DNA of 64,000 nucleotides from an uncultured Gammaproteobacteria bacterium (GTDB lineage Bacteria; Patescibacteriota; Patescibacteriia; Magasanikbacterales; GWA2-37-8): NCBI GenBank assembly GCA_964465205.1, contig CAYXJO010000001.1, positions 5,099 to 69,098 of the forward strand, read 5' to 3'. Shown piece by piece: positions 1 to 9,802 of this stretch (position 1 is its first letter; each line of letters starts with the position of its first letter). The notes under the pieces were generated by a model. It saw only the letters and a program-made list of their open reading frames with translations, ran no database searches and was not told where the DNA came from. The position numbers and the translations under genes were made by a program.

Positions 1-1326
1 AAAATCATCGCCGCGCGTATGGGTAGCCCGCTGGTGATTGGGGTGGGCGAAGGCGAATATTATGTTGCTTCGGATGCTTCGCCGATTTTGTCTTACACTC
101 GCAATGTAATATTTTTGGCTGACGGCGAAATTGCGGAAATTACCAAAGATAATTTGAATATTTTTAGTCTCAATGCTCAGCCAATTCAAAAATCTCCCGA
201 GACAATTGAGTGGGATGAGGCTAGTGCTCAAAAGCAAGGTTTCCCGCATTTCATGCTCAAAGAAATTTTTGATCAGCCTCAAGTGTTTCAGGATGCCATT
301 CGCGGTCGTTATAATTTGGCGGAAGGCGAAGCGCATTTGGGCGGACTCAATATGACCGTGCCCGAAATGCACGCTATTGAACGCGTGGTGATTTTGGCTT
401 GTGGTACATCATATTATGCCGGGCTCGTAGGTAAGTTTGCTTTTGAACGTTTGGCCGGGATACCCACCGAAGTGGAGATCGCCAGCGAGTTTCGCTATCG
501 CGATCCGATTGTAAATAAGAATACTTTGGTGTTTGGTATTTCGCAATCTGGTGAAACTGCAGATACTCTGGGGGCACTGCGCGAAGCCAAACGCAAAGGC
601 GCGTATGTGCGCGGACTGGTGAATGTAGTTGGTTCCACTATAGCGCGCGAGACCGAGGGTGGCACCTATATTCATGCTGGGCCGGAATTATCGGTAGCCT
701 CGACCAAAGCCTATACCAATACGGTGGCAGTACTGATGCTATATGCGTTACAATTTGGTCGTCTCAAACGCACCACTTCGGCCACTGGAGCACGCCTACT
801 CAATGCGCTGCTTGAAATTCCGGAAAAAATGAAAATGGTTTTGGCACAAGACGCACAAATTGAGTTGATTGTAGAAAAATACAAAAAATATAAGAATTTT
901 TTATTCTTGGGTCGTGGGGTTAATTTCCCGGTAGCACTCGAAGGCTCGCTCAAACTCAAAGAAATCACCTATATTCACAGTGAAGCATTACCCACTGGCG
1001 AAATGAAGCATGGACCGATCGCGCTTTTGTCCGAAGATTTTCCAGTGATGGTGCTCATGACCAAAAATCAGCTATACGAAAAATCGCGCAGTAATGTAGA
1101 AGAATTGCGCGCGCGTCATGCTCCGATTATTTTGATTGCGACCGCGGGCGATACCGATGCGGAGCAATTATCTCCGGATGTAATTTATGTACCGCCGACC
1201 ATGGAACTACTTGAACCATTAGTAAATACGGTGGCGTTGCAACTTTTCGCTTATCACATGGCGGTGGCACTCGGGCGTGATGTGGATCGTCCGCGCAATT
1301 TGGCCAAAAGCGTAACTGTAGAATAA
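1..1326 (+). CDS. glmS: Glutamine--fructose-6-phosphate aminotransferase (GlmS), C-terminal isomerase/SIS part; 5' end lies outside window
   Basis: Frame is open from base 1. Two SIS-domain signatures are present (GTSYYAG..., ISQSGETADTL). C-terminal end ...RNLAKSVTVE is typical of GlmS. Confidence 0.9.
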   Translation, partial: KIIAARMGSPLVIGVGEGEYYVASDASPILSYTRNVIFLADGEIAEITKDNLNIFSLNAQPIQKSPETIEWDEASAQKQGFPHFMLKEIFDQPQVFQDAIRGRYNLAEGEAHLGGLNMTVPEMHAIERVVILACGTSYYAGLVGKFAFERLAGIPTEVEIASEFRYRDPIVNKNTLVFGISQSGETADTLGALREAKRKGAYVRGLVNVVGSTIARETEGGTYIHAGPELSVASTKAYTNTVAVLMLYALQFGRLKRTTSATGARLLNALLEIPEKMKMVLAQDAQIELIVEKYKKYKNFLFLGRGVNFPVALEGSLKLKEITYIHSEALPTGEMKHGPIALLSEDFPVMVLMTKNQLYEKSRSNVEELRARHAPIILIATAGDTDAEQLSPDVIYVPPTMELLEPLVNTVALQLFAYHMAVALGRDVDRPRNLAKSVTVE

Positions 1327-1349
1327 TTTAATTTTTTTCTTCACTTGTA

Positions 1350-2312
1350 TTGATTATGCGCAAGAAAAAAGTGGTAGTGTTGGGTGGTGGTAATGGCAGT
1401 GCGATTTCTATTGTGGCTCTGAAACAAAATTTGCCGTTGTTTGATATCTCCGCAGTGATTTCAATGAGTGACTCGGGCGGGTCTTCTGGCCGTCTGCGTC
1501 GTGAGTTCAGCACTTTACCGCCAGGGGATATAATGCGCGCCACTTTGGCACTGTCTGGGAAATATGAATACAAAATGTTGCGTGACATTTTTTATCGTCC
1601 GCGTTTTAAACATGTGGGTCGATTGGAGGGGCATAACGTTGGTAATTTTTTCTTGACCATGTGTGGGCAGTATAGTGGTAACTTTTTGTACGCACTCGAT
1701 GCGCTGGCTCAGTCTATCGATACGGTCGGGCGAGCCTATCCAGTCACGTTACATCCGACCGATTTGGTAGCCCAACTTAGCAATGACGACATCGTACACA
1801 CCGAAGCGTTCATTGATAAACCAAAATATAATCGCGGTTTAAAAATCAAAAAAGTTTGGCTTAGCCCCAAATGTCGGGCGTATACAGCGGCCACTCGCGC
1901 CATTGCGTCGGCCGATGTGATTTTGCTTAGTCCGGGCAGCCTTTATACCAGTTTGATTGCCACTTTGTTGCCGGGTGGAGTTAGTCAGGCGATAGCGAAA
2001 TCACAAGCCAAAATTATTTATATCGCTGGCAACGCTTTTCATACCGACGGTGAAACCGGGCCAGAAAAATTAAGTGATTTTGTAAAACAATTGCAAGCAT
2101 ATTTACCGCGTAAACTAGATACCGTAGTGTACAATAATCACGTGTTGAACACGGTGCAAAAGAAAAGATATCACGAGAAGCATTGGGGCATGATGAAATT
2201 CGATAAACAAAACCTGGCGGATTACCAAGTGGTCGCTGCCGATTTCGAACGTAGCGCGGGCGGACTTTGCTCGATAAAATTGGGACGCATTTTGCGCAAG
2301 TTGATTGTATAA
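1350..2312 (+). CDS. YvcK/CofD-like gluconeogenesis factor family protein (UPF0052)
   Basis: 320-aa ORF. Motifs VVVLGGGNGS and SMSDSGGSSGRLRRE are characteristic of the YvcK/CofD 2-phospho-L-lactate transferase-like fold. Confidence 0.75.
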   Translation: MIMRKKKVVVLGGGNGSAISIVALKQNLPLFDISAVISMSDSGGSSGRLRREFSTLPPGDIMRATLALSGKYEYKMLRDIFYRPRFKHVGRLEGHNVGNFFLTMCGQYSGNFLYALDALAQSIDTVGRAYPVTLHPTDLVAQLSNDDIVHTEAFIDKPKYNRGLKIKKVWLSPKCRAYTAATRAIASADVILLSPGSLYTSLIATLLPGGVSQAIAKSQAKIIYIAGNAFHTDGETGPEKLSDFVKQLQAYLPRKLDTVVYNNHVLNTVQKKRYHEKHWGMMKFDKQNLADYQVVAADFERSAGGLCSIKLGRILRKLIV

Positions 2313-2643
2313 TATGGAGATTCAAAAAAATAAAATTGAATCAGTGGCGTACAAATTCTCGGCCGTAGAAAACGGCCAAGAAGTCGGTCGGGCTTATTTA
2401 TATGTAATACAAAATGGTTTGCATCCCGAGCCGTATGGTCTGTTAGAAGATGTGTTTGTGTCGGAATTGGCTCGTCGGGGTGGTCTGGGAACACAGCTGG
2501 TACAAATGGTGATTGACGAAGCTAAATCGCAAGGGTGTTACAAACTGATCGGCACCAGTCGCGAAGAGCGTCCGCATGTACACGCGTGGTATAAGAAAAT
2601 GGGTTTTAGTGAACACGGCAAAGAATTTAGAATTAATTTATAA
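2305..2643 (+). CDS. GNAT family N-acetyltransferase
   Basis: 112-aa ORF with acetyl-CoA binding motif (RRGGLGTQLVQMVIDEAKSQGCYKL). 4-bp overlap with the upstream gene. Confidence 0.7.
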   Translation: MYNMEIQKNKIESVAYKFSAVENGQEVGRAYLYVIQNGLHPEPYGLLEDVFVSELARRGGLGTQLVQMVIDEAKSQGCYKLIGTSREERPHVHAWYKKMGFSEHGKEFRINL

Positions 2644-2670
2644 TTGTTTTTAGCACGAAATTTTAATAAT

Positions 2671-3543
2671 ATGAGTGTAATTTTAACTACCAAACCAGAA
2701 TCGGATTACGAATTGCTCGATAGTGGCCTGGGTGAAAAGTTGGAACGCTACGGGCATTATGTTTTGCGCCGGCCGGATCCGCAAGCATTGTGGCGGCCGC
2801 GACTCGCAGATAAAAATTGGAAAAATACCGATGCGGTCTTTATACGCGAGAGCCGCAGTGCGCAGTGGCAGATGAAGACAAATATGCCCGAGAAGTGGGA
2901 GGCAACCATTGGTGGAGTGAAATTCTTGATTCGTCCCACTGCTTTCAAACACACCGGAGTTTTCCCCGAGCAATCTGGTAATTGGGGATGGATTCGTAAA
3001 GTGATAAAAAAACGAGGCAAGTGCAGTGTTCTGAATTTGTTTGGTTACACTGGTGGCGCGTCGCTCGCCGCGGCGCAAGCCGGAGCCGAAGTGTGTCATG
3101 TGGATGGATCCAAGTCGGCAATTGGTTGGGCGCGCGACAACGCGGCACTCAATGGTCTGGACAAAGCACCGATTCGTTGGATTCTGGACGATGCTGTCAA
3201 ATTTGTGCAACGCGAGATTAAGCGCGGTCATCGTTACGATGGTGTTATTATGGATCCGCCGGCGTTTGGGCATGGACCAAATGGAGAAATGTGGCGCATC
3301 GAAAAAGACTTCTTGTATTTAGTGGATTTATACGAACAAGTTTTGTCGGATAAGCCGCTATTTGTTTTGATTAATGGCTATGCTTCTGGGTACTCGGCCA
3401 TTGCGTACGAAAACAATTTATTGAAATTACAAAATAAGTTTGGCGGTGAAATTGAAAAAGGGGAGCTAACCATCGCTGAGAGTGGCAAAGACGGCCGACT
3501 TTTACCGTGTGGGATTTTTGCACGGTGGAATTTTGATTCATAA
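2671..3543 (+). CDS. Class I SAM-dependent methyltransferase (RlmI/YccW-like rRNA methyltransferase family)
   Basis: SAM-binding motif LNLFGYTGGASLAAA and catalytic DPPAFG motif. The ORF-track start at 2644 is TTG; the ATG at 2671 is the more likely start. Confidence 0.7.
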   Translation: MSVILTTKPESDYELLDSGLGEKLERYGHYVLRRPDPQALWRPRLADKNWKNTDAVFIRESRSAQWQMKTNMPEKWEATIGGVKFLIRPTAFKHTGVFPEQSGNWGWIRKVIKKRGKCSVLNLFGYTGGASLAAAQAGAEVCHVDGSKSAIGWARDNAALNGLDKAPIRWILDDAVKFVQREIKRGHRYDGVIMDPPAFGHGPNGEMWRIEKDFLYLVDLYEQVLSDKPLFVLINGYASGYSAIAYENNLLKLQNKFGGEIEKGELTIAESGKDGRLLPCGIFARWNFDS

Positions 3544-3560
3544 ATATTTTGGTTTTATTT

Positions 3561-4211
3561 ATGATAAAAATTTTATACGAAGATAACCATCTAATCGCCG
3601 TCGTCAAACCGGCCGGTGTTTTGGTACAGGGCGACAAGACCGGAGACAAATGTTTGATGGATGAAATTAAAGATTATTTAAAAACAAAATACAATAAACC
3701 AGGTAATGTTTTTCTCGGTTTGTTACACCGTTTGGATAGACCGGTATCGGGAGTAGTTTTGTTTGCCAAAACCAGTAAAGGTGCGAGCCGATTGTCGGAG
3801 CAATTTCGTGCTCACAAAACTCAAAAAATTTATCACGCGTTGGTAGTGGGTGCGCCAAAAATTAAAAATGCTACTTTGATAAATTGGCTCATAAAAGATG
3901 AAAAGAGAAATTTTGTGACGGTATATGATGCCGCCACTCCGGGCGCACAATATGCCGAATTGGCTTATGAAGTAGTTAAGTCTAACACCAAAAATTCTTT
4001 ATTAAAAATTGTTTTGAAAACTGGTCGTTCACACCAAATCCGGTCGCAACTCGCGCACATCGGGTGTCCGATAGTGGGGGATACCAAATATGGCGCACCC
4101 GCGTCTTTGCCAGACAATTCTATCGCGCTTTGCGCGACATCACTTACTTTTCAAACTGCCACCACTGGCGAAACGAAAACAGTGGCAATTGAGCCACCGT
4201 TTCGTGTTTAG
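3561..4211 (+). CDS. RluA-family pseudouridine synthase
   Basis: HRLDRPVSGVVLFAK catalytic-Asp motif of the RluA family. ATG at 3561; the ORF-track start at 3549 is TTG. Confidence 0.85.
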   Translation: MIKILYEDNHLIAVVKPAGVLVQGDKTGDKCLMDEIKDYLKTKYNKPGNVFLGLLHRLDRPVSGVVLFAKTSKGASRLSEQFRAHKTQKIYHALVVGAPKIKNATLINWLIKDEKRNFVTVYDAATPGAQYAELAYEVVKSNTKNSLLKIVLKTGRSHQIRSQLAHIGCPIVGDTKYGAPASLPDNSIALCATSLTFQTATTGETKTVAIEPPFRV

Positions 4212-4693
4212 AGATAGTATTTTTTTAGGAGGAATAATAGCTCTGGGTGGATTTTTTCTCCGCCAGCTATCATTTGGCGTAATTCTTCGATAGTGAAATA
4301 TTTTACTTCGTCTACTTCCTCTGGACTGATTTTAAATTGGCCCGTATATATAGTCTTAAATGTAGAGAGAAACTTCCTCATACCACCTCCGTCTGTATAA
4401 ATGTCTTTGCCCACTAGTTCGAGTTCAGATCTTAAACCCAATTCCTCTTCGTATTCACGTAGTGCCGCAGCTATATAATCTTCACCAGTTTGTACATGTC
4501 CACCAGCGGCCGTACTCCAATATCCCGGACAAAAACTAAGATTGGCACTACGTTTTTGTAGTGCCATTTTGCCTGTGTTGTCAAAAATCAGAACGTGCAC
4601 AATTCGGCTCGGCAATTTGTTAGCATAAATATCATCACGTGAGGCAGAACCTATTACTTCATCTTTTTCATTTACGATATCCAGTATTTCCAT
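4208..4693 (-). CDS. Nudix hydrolase
   Basis: Nudix box GGHVQTGEDYIAAALREYEEELGL (GX5EX7REUXEEXGU). Confidence 0.8.
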   Translation of the reverse strand: MEILDIVNEKDEVIGSASRDDIYANKLPSRIVHVLIFDNTGKMALQKRSANLSFCPGYWSTAAGGHVQTGEDYIAAALREYEEELGLRSELELVGKDIYTDGGGMRKFLSTFKTIYTGQFKISPEEVDEVKYFTIEELRQMIAGGEKIHPELLFLLKKYYL

Positions 4694-4694
4694 A

Positions 4695-5546
4695 TTAAGA
4701 AATTACTTTGTTTAACAATTCATTTACAAAATTCATGTCGCCGTCCCCAGTGATGACAACGTCAAAATTATCTTGATATTTAGACAGGTGTTCATCGGTC
4801 GGCTGGTTGTAAAAGCCGATTTTGATTAGATTCTTATAATCAAAACCAGTCACCATGCCAATATCATCTATGCTATCGCCTATGAGTATGACATTTGGAC
4901 GCTTTTGTATTTCAGAAAAAATCGGCAAGTGTTCAAGTGTGGTTTCGTATTTGTTGAGGGAATGAATTATTGGCTCTTTCACTCCAATCATTTTGCCGTC
5001 ATTATCAAATATGTACCAATTAGCTACAATGTGTACGTTGTTATAAACACTATCTAGCTGTTTGATATATCGTGCGATCATATCAGCTGGGGCGGCGGAC
5101 ATAATTACTATTGGTACGTTGGCAGTGTGTAATTTAGAGAAAAATTGTTTGACACCATCACGAAAATTGAGCGGATATTCTGCGCAAATTTTGTCCAACA
5201 TGGTTTGAGTTAGGCCGTATTTCATAATATCGCCATGAGTGACGTCCCACCATTCTCGCATATATTGCGTACGTTCAGCCAGCGATAGATTGTAATTAAT
5301 TTCAATGGGGTGATATTTGGCTACGCGCGCCTCTCCATCTTTGATGAATTGCGCGCCCAGGTATCCACTTTGACGCATGACACCCATGAGCGATCGGATT
5401 CTTTCTCCGTTTTTGTAGGCGTGAGTTAGGGTGTAATCAAAATCGGCCAGTAGATGGAGCTGTCCAGCTCCGTCTGCTTTAATTTTTGTAATAGTATTTT
5501 GTAGTAACTCAGGATTGGATATAATAATTTTGGTATCGGTCATATT
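4695..5546 (-). CDS. HAD-superfamily 5'-nucleotidase, pyrimidine 5'-nucleotidase (UMPH-1/cN-III)-like
   Basis: HAD motif I LLADFDYTLTH and motif IV ILIGDSIDDIGM, with a long cap region. Start taken at the internal ATG (MTDTKIII...), which gives an ATGA overlap with the neighbouring gene. Confidence 0.55.
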   Translation of the reverse strand, partial: NMTDTKIIISNPELLQNTITKIKADGAGQLHLLADFDYTLTHAYKNGERIRSLMGVMRQSGYLGAQFIKDGEARVAKYHPIEINYNLSLAERTQYMREWWDVTHGDIMKYGLTQTMLDKICAEYPLNFRDGVKQFFSKLHTANVPIVIMSAAPADMIARYIKQLDSVYNNVHIVANWYIFDNDGKMIGVKEPIIHSLNKYETTLEHLPIFSEIQKRPNVILIGDSIDDIGMVTGFDYKNLIKIGFYNQPTDEHLSKYQDNFDVVITGDGDMNFVNELLNKVIS

Positions 5547-6246
5547 ATTTGTGTAGGTAATATTTTCTTTGGTGTTCGGGAAGTTTTTCGATAGCATAGC
5601 GCAACATGGTGCGGGGCATGTGGGAGACGTGTTTATCCAAGAATACTTCAAGCGGCACTACGTCACGTTTACCCATTTCGCGCAGCATCCAACCAACGGC
5701 TTTGTGGATTAGATCATGTTTATCGGTCATTAATATCTCTGCAATTTTAATCGTATCTGTGAATTGTCCGGCTCGGATAAAAGTAAAAGTTGCCAAGATG
5801 GCAATACGTCGATTCCAGAGTAATTTGGATTTTGCCAGCCGGTATAAAATTTTTCTGTCGCGTTGCATCAGCCATTCGCCTACGATATTTGGCGCGGTCA
5901 AATCCACTAAGTCCCAATTGTTGATGTATTTAGTGTTTTTTAAATATAATTTGTAAATGCGTTCGCGTGCGGATTCCGGTGCTCGTTTGAATTGAGCTAC
6001 TAATATTAGCAAGGCAGTGAGACGTTCTTCGTGCCAAGGGCTGCGAAGCAAGGATTCGATCTCCTTGAGAGTGGCAACCTGATAGAACATTCGCGCCACC
6101 TGTCGCTGATCTGGCACTACTATCCCTAAGAATTTGTCACCCGCGCCATATTGATCCGGCCCGGTTTTGAAAAAACGGGACAAAATAGCGGCTTTGCCCG
6201 GAGTAATTTTGCGACGGAGCGCACTTTTTATATTCATTATTGTCAT
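5545..6246 (-). CDS. DNA alkylation repair protein (AlkC/AlkD-like HEAT-repeat glycosylase family)
   Basis: 233-aa protein with helical-repeat composition and conserved W/D/R positions resembling the PF08713 DNA alkylation repair enzyme family. Confidence 0.65.
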   Translation of the reverse strand: MTIMNIKSALRRKITPGKAAILSRFFKTGPDQYGAGDKFLGIVVPDQRQVARMFYQVATLKEIESLLRSPWHEERLTALLILVAQFKRAPESARERIYKLYLKNTKYINNWDLVDLTAPNIVGEWLMQRDRKILYRLAKSKLLWNRRIAILATFTFIRAGQFTDTIKIAEILMTDKHDLIHKAVGWMLREMGKRDVVPLEVFLDKHVSHMPRTMLRYAIEKLPEHQRKYYLHK

Positions 6247-6325
6247 ATTGTGTTTTCTGTTTTTTTAGCGTAAAATTGAGTCATAAATACTTTAGCACGG
6301 ATCTATTTAGCATGCAATCTATTAT

Positions 6326-7144
6326 ATGTTACGATTATTGAAGAATCTGGGGGTGATGGTGGATTTTTGTATTTTTTTCATATCCATGGCCATTGTGATG
6401 GTTTTTGTTATATTTATTTTGGACAACCGACCTGAGGAATTAGCTAACGTATTTTTATACTTGTTGGGTTTTGGATTAATTATAGTGTCGGTGATTCTTA
6501 CATATTTGCGTATAAAAATATTTGGTCGTGATATTTTGTTTCTACAACGTGTACGAGAAAATTACAAAAAAGAAGTGCAAATACAGTTTTTGAATTTCTG
6601 GGAACGTACCGGGCAGAAGTGGGGTGGGGCGGCATACAAGAAGCATGATAAAATGGCGCAGTGGGACGTGAATAATTTAGCGGGGTTTGTGTTATTTACC
6701 GCTATTTTGTCGTTACTTATAATGGTTTTTTGGGCGATAGATCGCGGGATCGGTTGGAATATTATTGCTCATTATGATCGTTCGGTGTTTTTGCCGTTTG
6801 CTAGTTTGATCGGTAAATATTTTGCACATTTTATGGTGGCATTGTTGGTCGCCGTGTTGGCGTTGTTGTCGTTTATGAAATTGGTTGATGTGGTTATACC
6901 GCAGGAGTCGATGAGCTTGGAAAATCGTGAAAGAGCCGAAGGGTATATGGTATTTTTTTATTTTTTGTCTCTGTTTATAGCAATTATTTTGGTAGCTGGT
7001 TCGCCGGCCGGCCAATTGTGGTGGCAAAAATTTTTAGCGATAGAATTTGTAGGAAAGTATTCAACGTTAATTTTTGGATCGTCATTTTTGTGGGTTAATT
7101 TTCATATTATTTTCCCGTGGCGTTCACTACTGGTTCGTAAATAA
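6326..7144 (+). CDS. Hypothetical multi-pass membrane protein
   Basis: 272-aa ORF with several long hydrophobic segments. No recognisable catalytic motif. Confidence 0.5.
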   Translation: MLRLLKNLGVMVDFCIFFISMAIVMVFVIFILDNRPEELANVFLYLLGFGLIIVSVILTYLRIKIFGRDILFLQRVRENYKKEVQIQFLNFWERTGQKWGGAAYKKHDKMAQWDVNNLAGFVLFTAILSLLIMVFWAIDRGIGWNIIAHYDRSVFLPFASLIGKYFAHFMVALLVAVLALLSFMKLVDVVIPQESMSLENRERAEGYMVFFYFLSLFIAIILVAGSPAGQLWWQKFLAIEFVGKYSTLIFGSSFLWVNFHIIFPWRSLLVRK

Positions 7145-7154
7145 GATCAATATT

Positions 7155-8432
7155 ATGTTAGAAAAAATTCTCGATCTACACATCCATTCTAAATATTCGC
7201 GCGCTTGTTCGCCGCAGTTGGAATTGCCCAACATAGCGCGTGCTTGTATTACCAAAGGAATAGATATTGTGGCTACCGGCGATTATACCCATCCGGCTTG
7301 GCTTGCGCATATCAAAGAGAATTTGGTAGAAGTGGGGGACACTGGCTTGTTTGCACTCAAAAACGCCACTGGCCCGGAGGTGGGAATTAAGTTTATTTTG
7401 TCCACAGAAGTATCGTGTATTTATCGCCACAAAGACAAAACCCGTCGTCTGCACCATGTGATTTTGGCGCCGAGCATCGCGGCGGTGGATGGCTTTGTGG
7501 CGGCATTAGAAAAACGCGGCGCCAATATTCGCGCCGATGGCCGCCCGATTCTTGGTATTTCTTCGCAAGAAATTTTGCGCATGCTTTTGGAAATAGATTC
7601 GCGTTTTTTGCTTATTCCCGCGCACGCCTGGACGCCATGGTTTGCGATTTTTGGTTCCAAATCCGGTTACGATAGTATTGAGGAATGTTTTGACGATCTT
7701 TCGCCGCATATTCGCGCGATTGAAACCGGCTTATCATCGGATCCGATTATGAATCACCGCCTATCTACACTAGATAACATTACATTGATCTCGAATTCTG
7801 ATGCGCACAGTCTGGATAAACTCGGCCGCGAAGCCAATGTGTTTGCTTTTGAGAAAGAAAGTGACATTAATTTTTTAGAAATTACAAATGTTATTAAATC
7901 TGGTGACAAGAAAAAGTTTTTGTACACTATTGAATTTTTTCCTGAAGAAGGAATGTATCATGCTGATGGCCACCGCGATTGTAAGTTTGTATGCCTGCCT
8001 GACGAAAGTAAAAAATTAAAAAATATTTGTCCCAGATGTAAAAAAGAATTAACTATCGGCGTATTGAATCGAGTGGATAGCTTAGCCGATCGTAATAATG
8101 ACGCTGTTTTGGAAAACAAATTTATTCCTCATAAATATATTATTCCTTTGCGTGAAATTATTGCTAGCGTGTTGGAAGTGGGGGTGGGAAGTAAAAAAGT
8201 GGCGATTGAATATGACAATATTATAAAAAACTTAGGCAGTGAATTTTTTATTTTGTTGCATTGTGAGATAGATAAAATAAAAACAGTGGCCAGCCAACCT
8301 AGTATTGCTGACGCTATTGCCAATATGCGTATCGGTAAAGTGCAGGTGAGTCCGGGATTCGATGGGCAATATGGTGTGGTGAAAGTCTTGTTGGCAAAAA
8401 GTAAGAAAACTATTCAATCACGTTTGATTTAA
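7155..8432 (+). CDS. PHP-domain protein, endonuclease Q-like (PHP hydrolase + C-terminal zinc ribbon)
   Basis: N-terminal PHP motif LDLHIHSKYSRACSP and later HAWTPW. C-terminal CPRCKK zinc-ribbon-like motif. Start placed at the ATG following the TTG-extended ORF. Confidence 0.65.
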   Translation: MLEKILDLHIHSKYSRACSPQLELPNIARACITKGIDIVATGDYTHPAWLAHIKENLVEVGDTGLFALKNATGPEVGIKFILSTEVSCIYRHKDKTRRLHHVILAPSIAAVDGFVAALEKRGANIRADGRPILGISSQEILRMLLEIDSRFLLIPAHAWTPWFAIFGSKSGYDSIEECFDDLSPHIRAIETGLSSDPIMNHRLSTLDNITLISNSDAHSLDKLGREANVFAFEKESDINFLEITNVIKSGDKKKFLYTIEFFPEEGMYHADGHRDCKFVCLPDESKKLKNICPRCKKELTIGVLNRVDSLADRNNDAVLENKFIPHKYIIPLREIIASVLEVGVGSKKVAIEYDNIIKNLGSEFFILLHCEIDKIKTVASQPSIADAIANMRIGKVQVSPGFDGQYGVVKVLLAKSKKTIQSRLI

Positions 8433-8446
8433 TTTTTTTGTTAACA

Positions 8447-8520
8447 AAAAACGCCCACATTATTATTTTGTTCCGTTAAGCTGTTCGAGCTCTGGAACCA
8501 AATAACGATGTGGGCGTTTT
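8447..8520. terminator. Long imperfect hairpin (arms AACGCCCACAT / ATGTGGGCGTT) flanked by T-runs on both strands; candidate bidirectional terminator
   Basis: 11-bp perfect arms enclose an inner GTTCC...GGAAC hairpin. T-tracts follow on both strands. It sits between convergent genes. Confidence 0.5.
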
Positions 8521-8527
8521 ATTTCAT

Positions 8528-8644
8528 TTATTTGCGTTTTTTGGTCGCTTTTTTCTTGGTCGTTTTTTTGGCGACTTTACGTACGACTTTCTTTTTGGCG
8601 ACTTTACGTACGACTTTCTTTTTTGCTTTTTTCTTGGCTGCCAT
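8528..8644 (-). CDS. 39-aa lysine-rich basic protein with a tandem 10-aa repeat (MAAKKKAKKKVVRKVAKKKVVRKVAKKTTKKKATKKRK); histone H1/Hc-like DNA-binding candidate
   Basis: Not in the ORF track because it is under 60 aa. Strong SD AAGGAGGTG lies 6 nt upstream of the ATG. TAA stop is followed directly by the hairpin terminator. A 30-nt direct repeat in the DNA encodes KKVVRKVAKK twice. Confidence 0.6.
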   Translation of the reverse strand: MAAKKKAKKKVVRKVAKKKVVRKVAKKTTKKKATKKRK

Positions 8645-8852
8645 ATTGGGCACCTCCTTTCTTTTTTAGGATGAAGAATTTTTTCGAACTCGCGATCGCG
8701 AGAAAAAATTTTGCAAATATTTTTTACCAGACAAGCATTTTGGTAAAAAAGTTCGACCTATAGATATTGTATGCTATCTATTTGAAAATTACCATAGTAA
8801 AACACAAAGTTATCCACAGGGCCCTGTGTTTTTTGATGGTGGTATTATTGCA

Positions 8853-8881
8853 TTGACATAAAAAGTTTTTTTAGGTAAAAT
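8853..8881 (+). promoter_or_regulatory. Sigma70-like promoter TTGACA-N17-TAAAAT upstream of the 8916 gene
   Basis: Consensus -35 hexamer, 17-nt spacer and A/T-rich -10, about 35 nt upstream of the start codon. Confidence 0.4.
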
Positions 8882-8915
8882 AATCGCAATTAAAATATTT
8901 TTTAATTTATTTTTT

Positions 8916-9443
8916 ATGGGTTACCTTACTGAAGGAGATGTGCAAATTTTGAAACAATTACGAGAAGAGGGAGTGTTGTCTGAGGTGTCACTTGATTCCA
9001 TGGATTTATCCAACGGCGTAATCATGCTCACTTGTGCGGATGGTGATCAGTTTGAGAGCTACTATTCTCATTTGGCCGAATTAACCAAAAAACAATTGGC
9101 TCGTCCACGCGTGCATACACTAGCGCTAAATGGCGGAGCACTTTTATTATCGGATTTGTGGCCAACCAAAGAAGAAGGTGTCGCCCTGGAACGTCATATT
9201 TCCGCAGCAGTTGATTTGAAAAAAATTTACACCGTAGTCTTGTTTGTTCATGCGCCATGTGGCGCGGCCGGTTTGTGCCATTGGACAATAGAGCAAGTAA
9301 TTGATGCTGGCGTACAAGCTAAGACTCGTATAAAAAGTTTACGATCGGATGTGAAAGTTATTTGTTTGATCCATGTAGATTGGGGACATGATAAAAAGCG
9401 CACCTATTTTTTATCGCGCGATAAATGGTTGGCTAGAAAATAG
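8916..9443 (+). CDS. Hypothetical protein (175 aa)
   Basis: Clean ORF with AT-rich codon usage matching its neighbours. Followed by a perfect palindromic terminator. No recognisable domain. Confidence 0.55.
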   Translation: MGYLTEGDVQILKQLREEGVLSEVSLDSMDLSNGVIMLTCADGDQFESYYSHLAELTKKQLARPRVHTLALNGGALLLSDLWPTKEEGVALERHISAAVDLKKIYTVVLFVHAPCGAAGLCHWTIEQVIDAGVQAKTRIKSLRSDVKVICLIHVDWGHDKKRTYFLSRDKWLARK

Positions 9444-9468
9444 GACAACTTATTAAATAAAATAAAAA

Positions 9469-9494
9469 AATTCGCCAATTGGCGAATTTTTTTG
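9469..9494 (+). terminator. Rho-independent terminator (AATTCGCCAATTGGCGAATT + T7)
   Basis: Perfect 20-bp palindrome followed by a T-run. Confidence 0.65.
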
Positions 9495-9802
9495 TGCTGT
9501 ATTTTAAAGATTGTTCTATTTTTTCCGTTTTTAGTATAGATTAAGTATATCTCATTCTAGCACGTTTTTTAAATTCAGATTTTTTGAGAAAATTATTACT
9601 TTGGTGTCAAATTCTTTAGTAGTTGAAAACAAAAAATCACCTTTATTATTAAAGATGATTTTTTGAAATGCCCCGTCGTCTCTTTTTACAGAGAGTAGGG
9701 GCGGTTGAAGCCGGAACGTTTATGTCACCGGGCGTAGTTGATGGTTGGAAAGAACTTCGCTAGTTCGTCATACGCAGACGAACGCAGATGAGATGATTGG
9801 GT

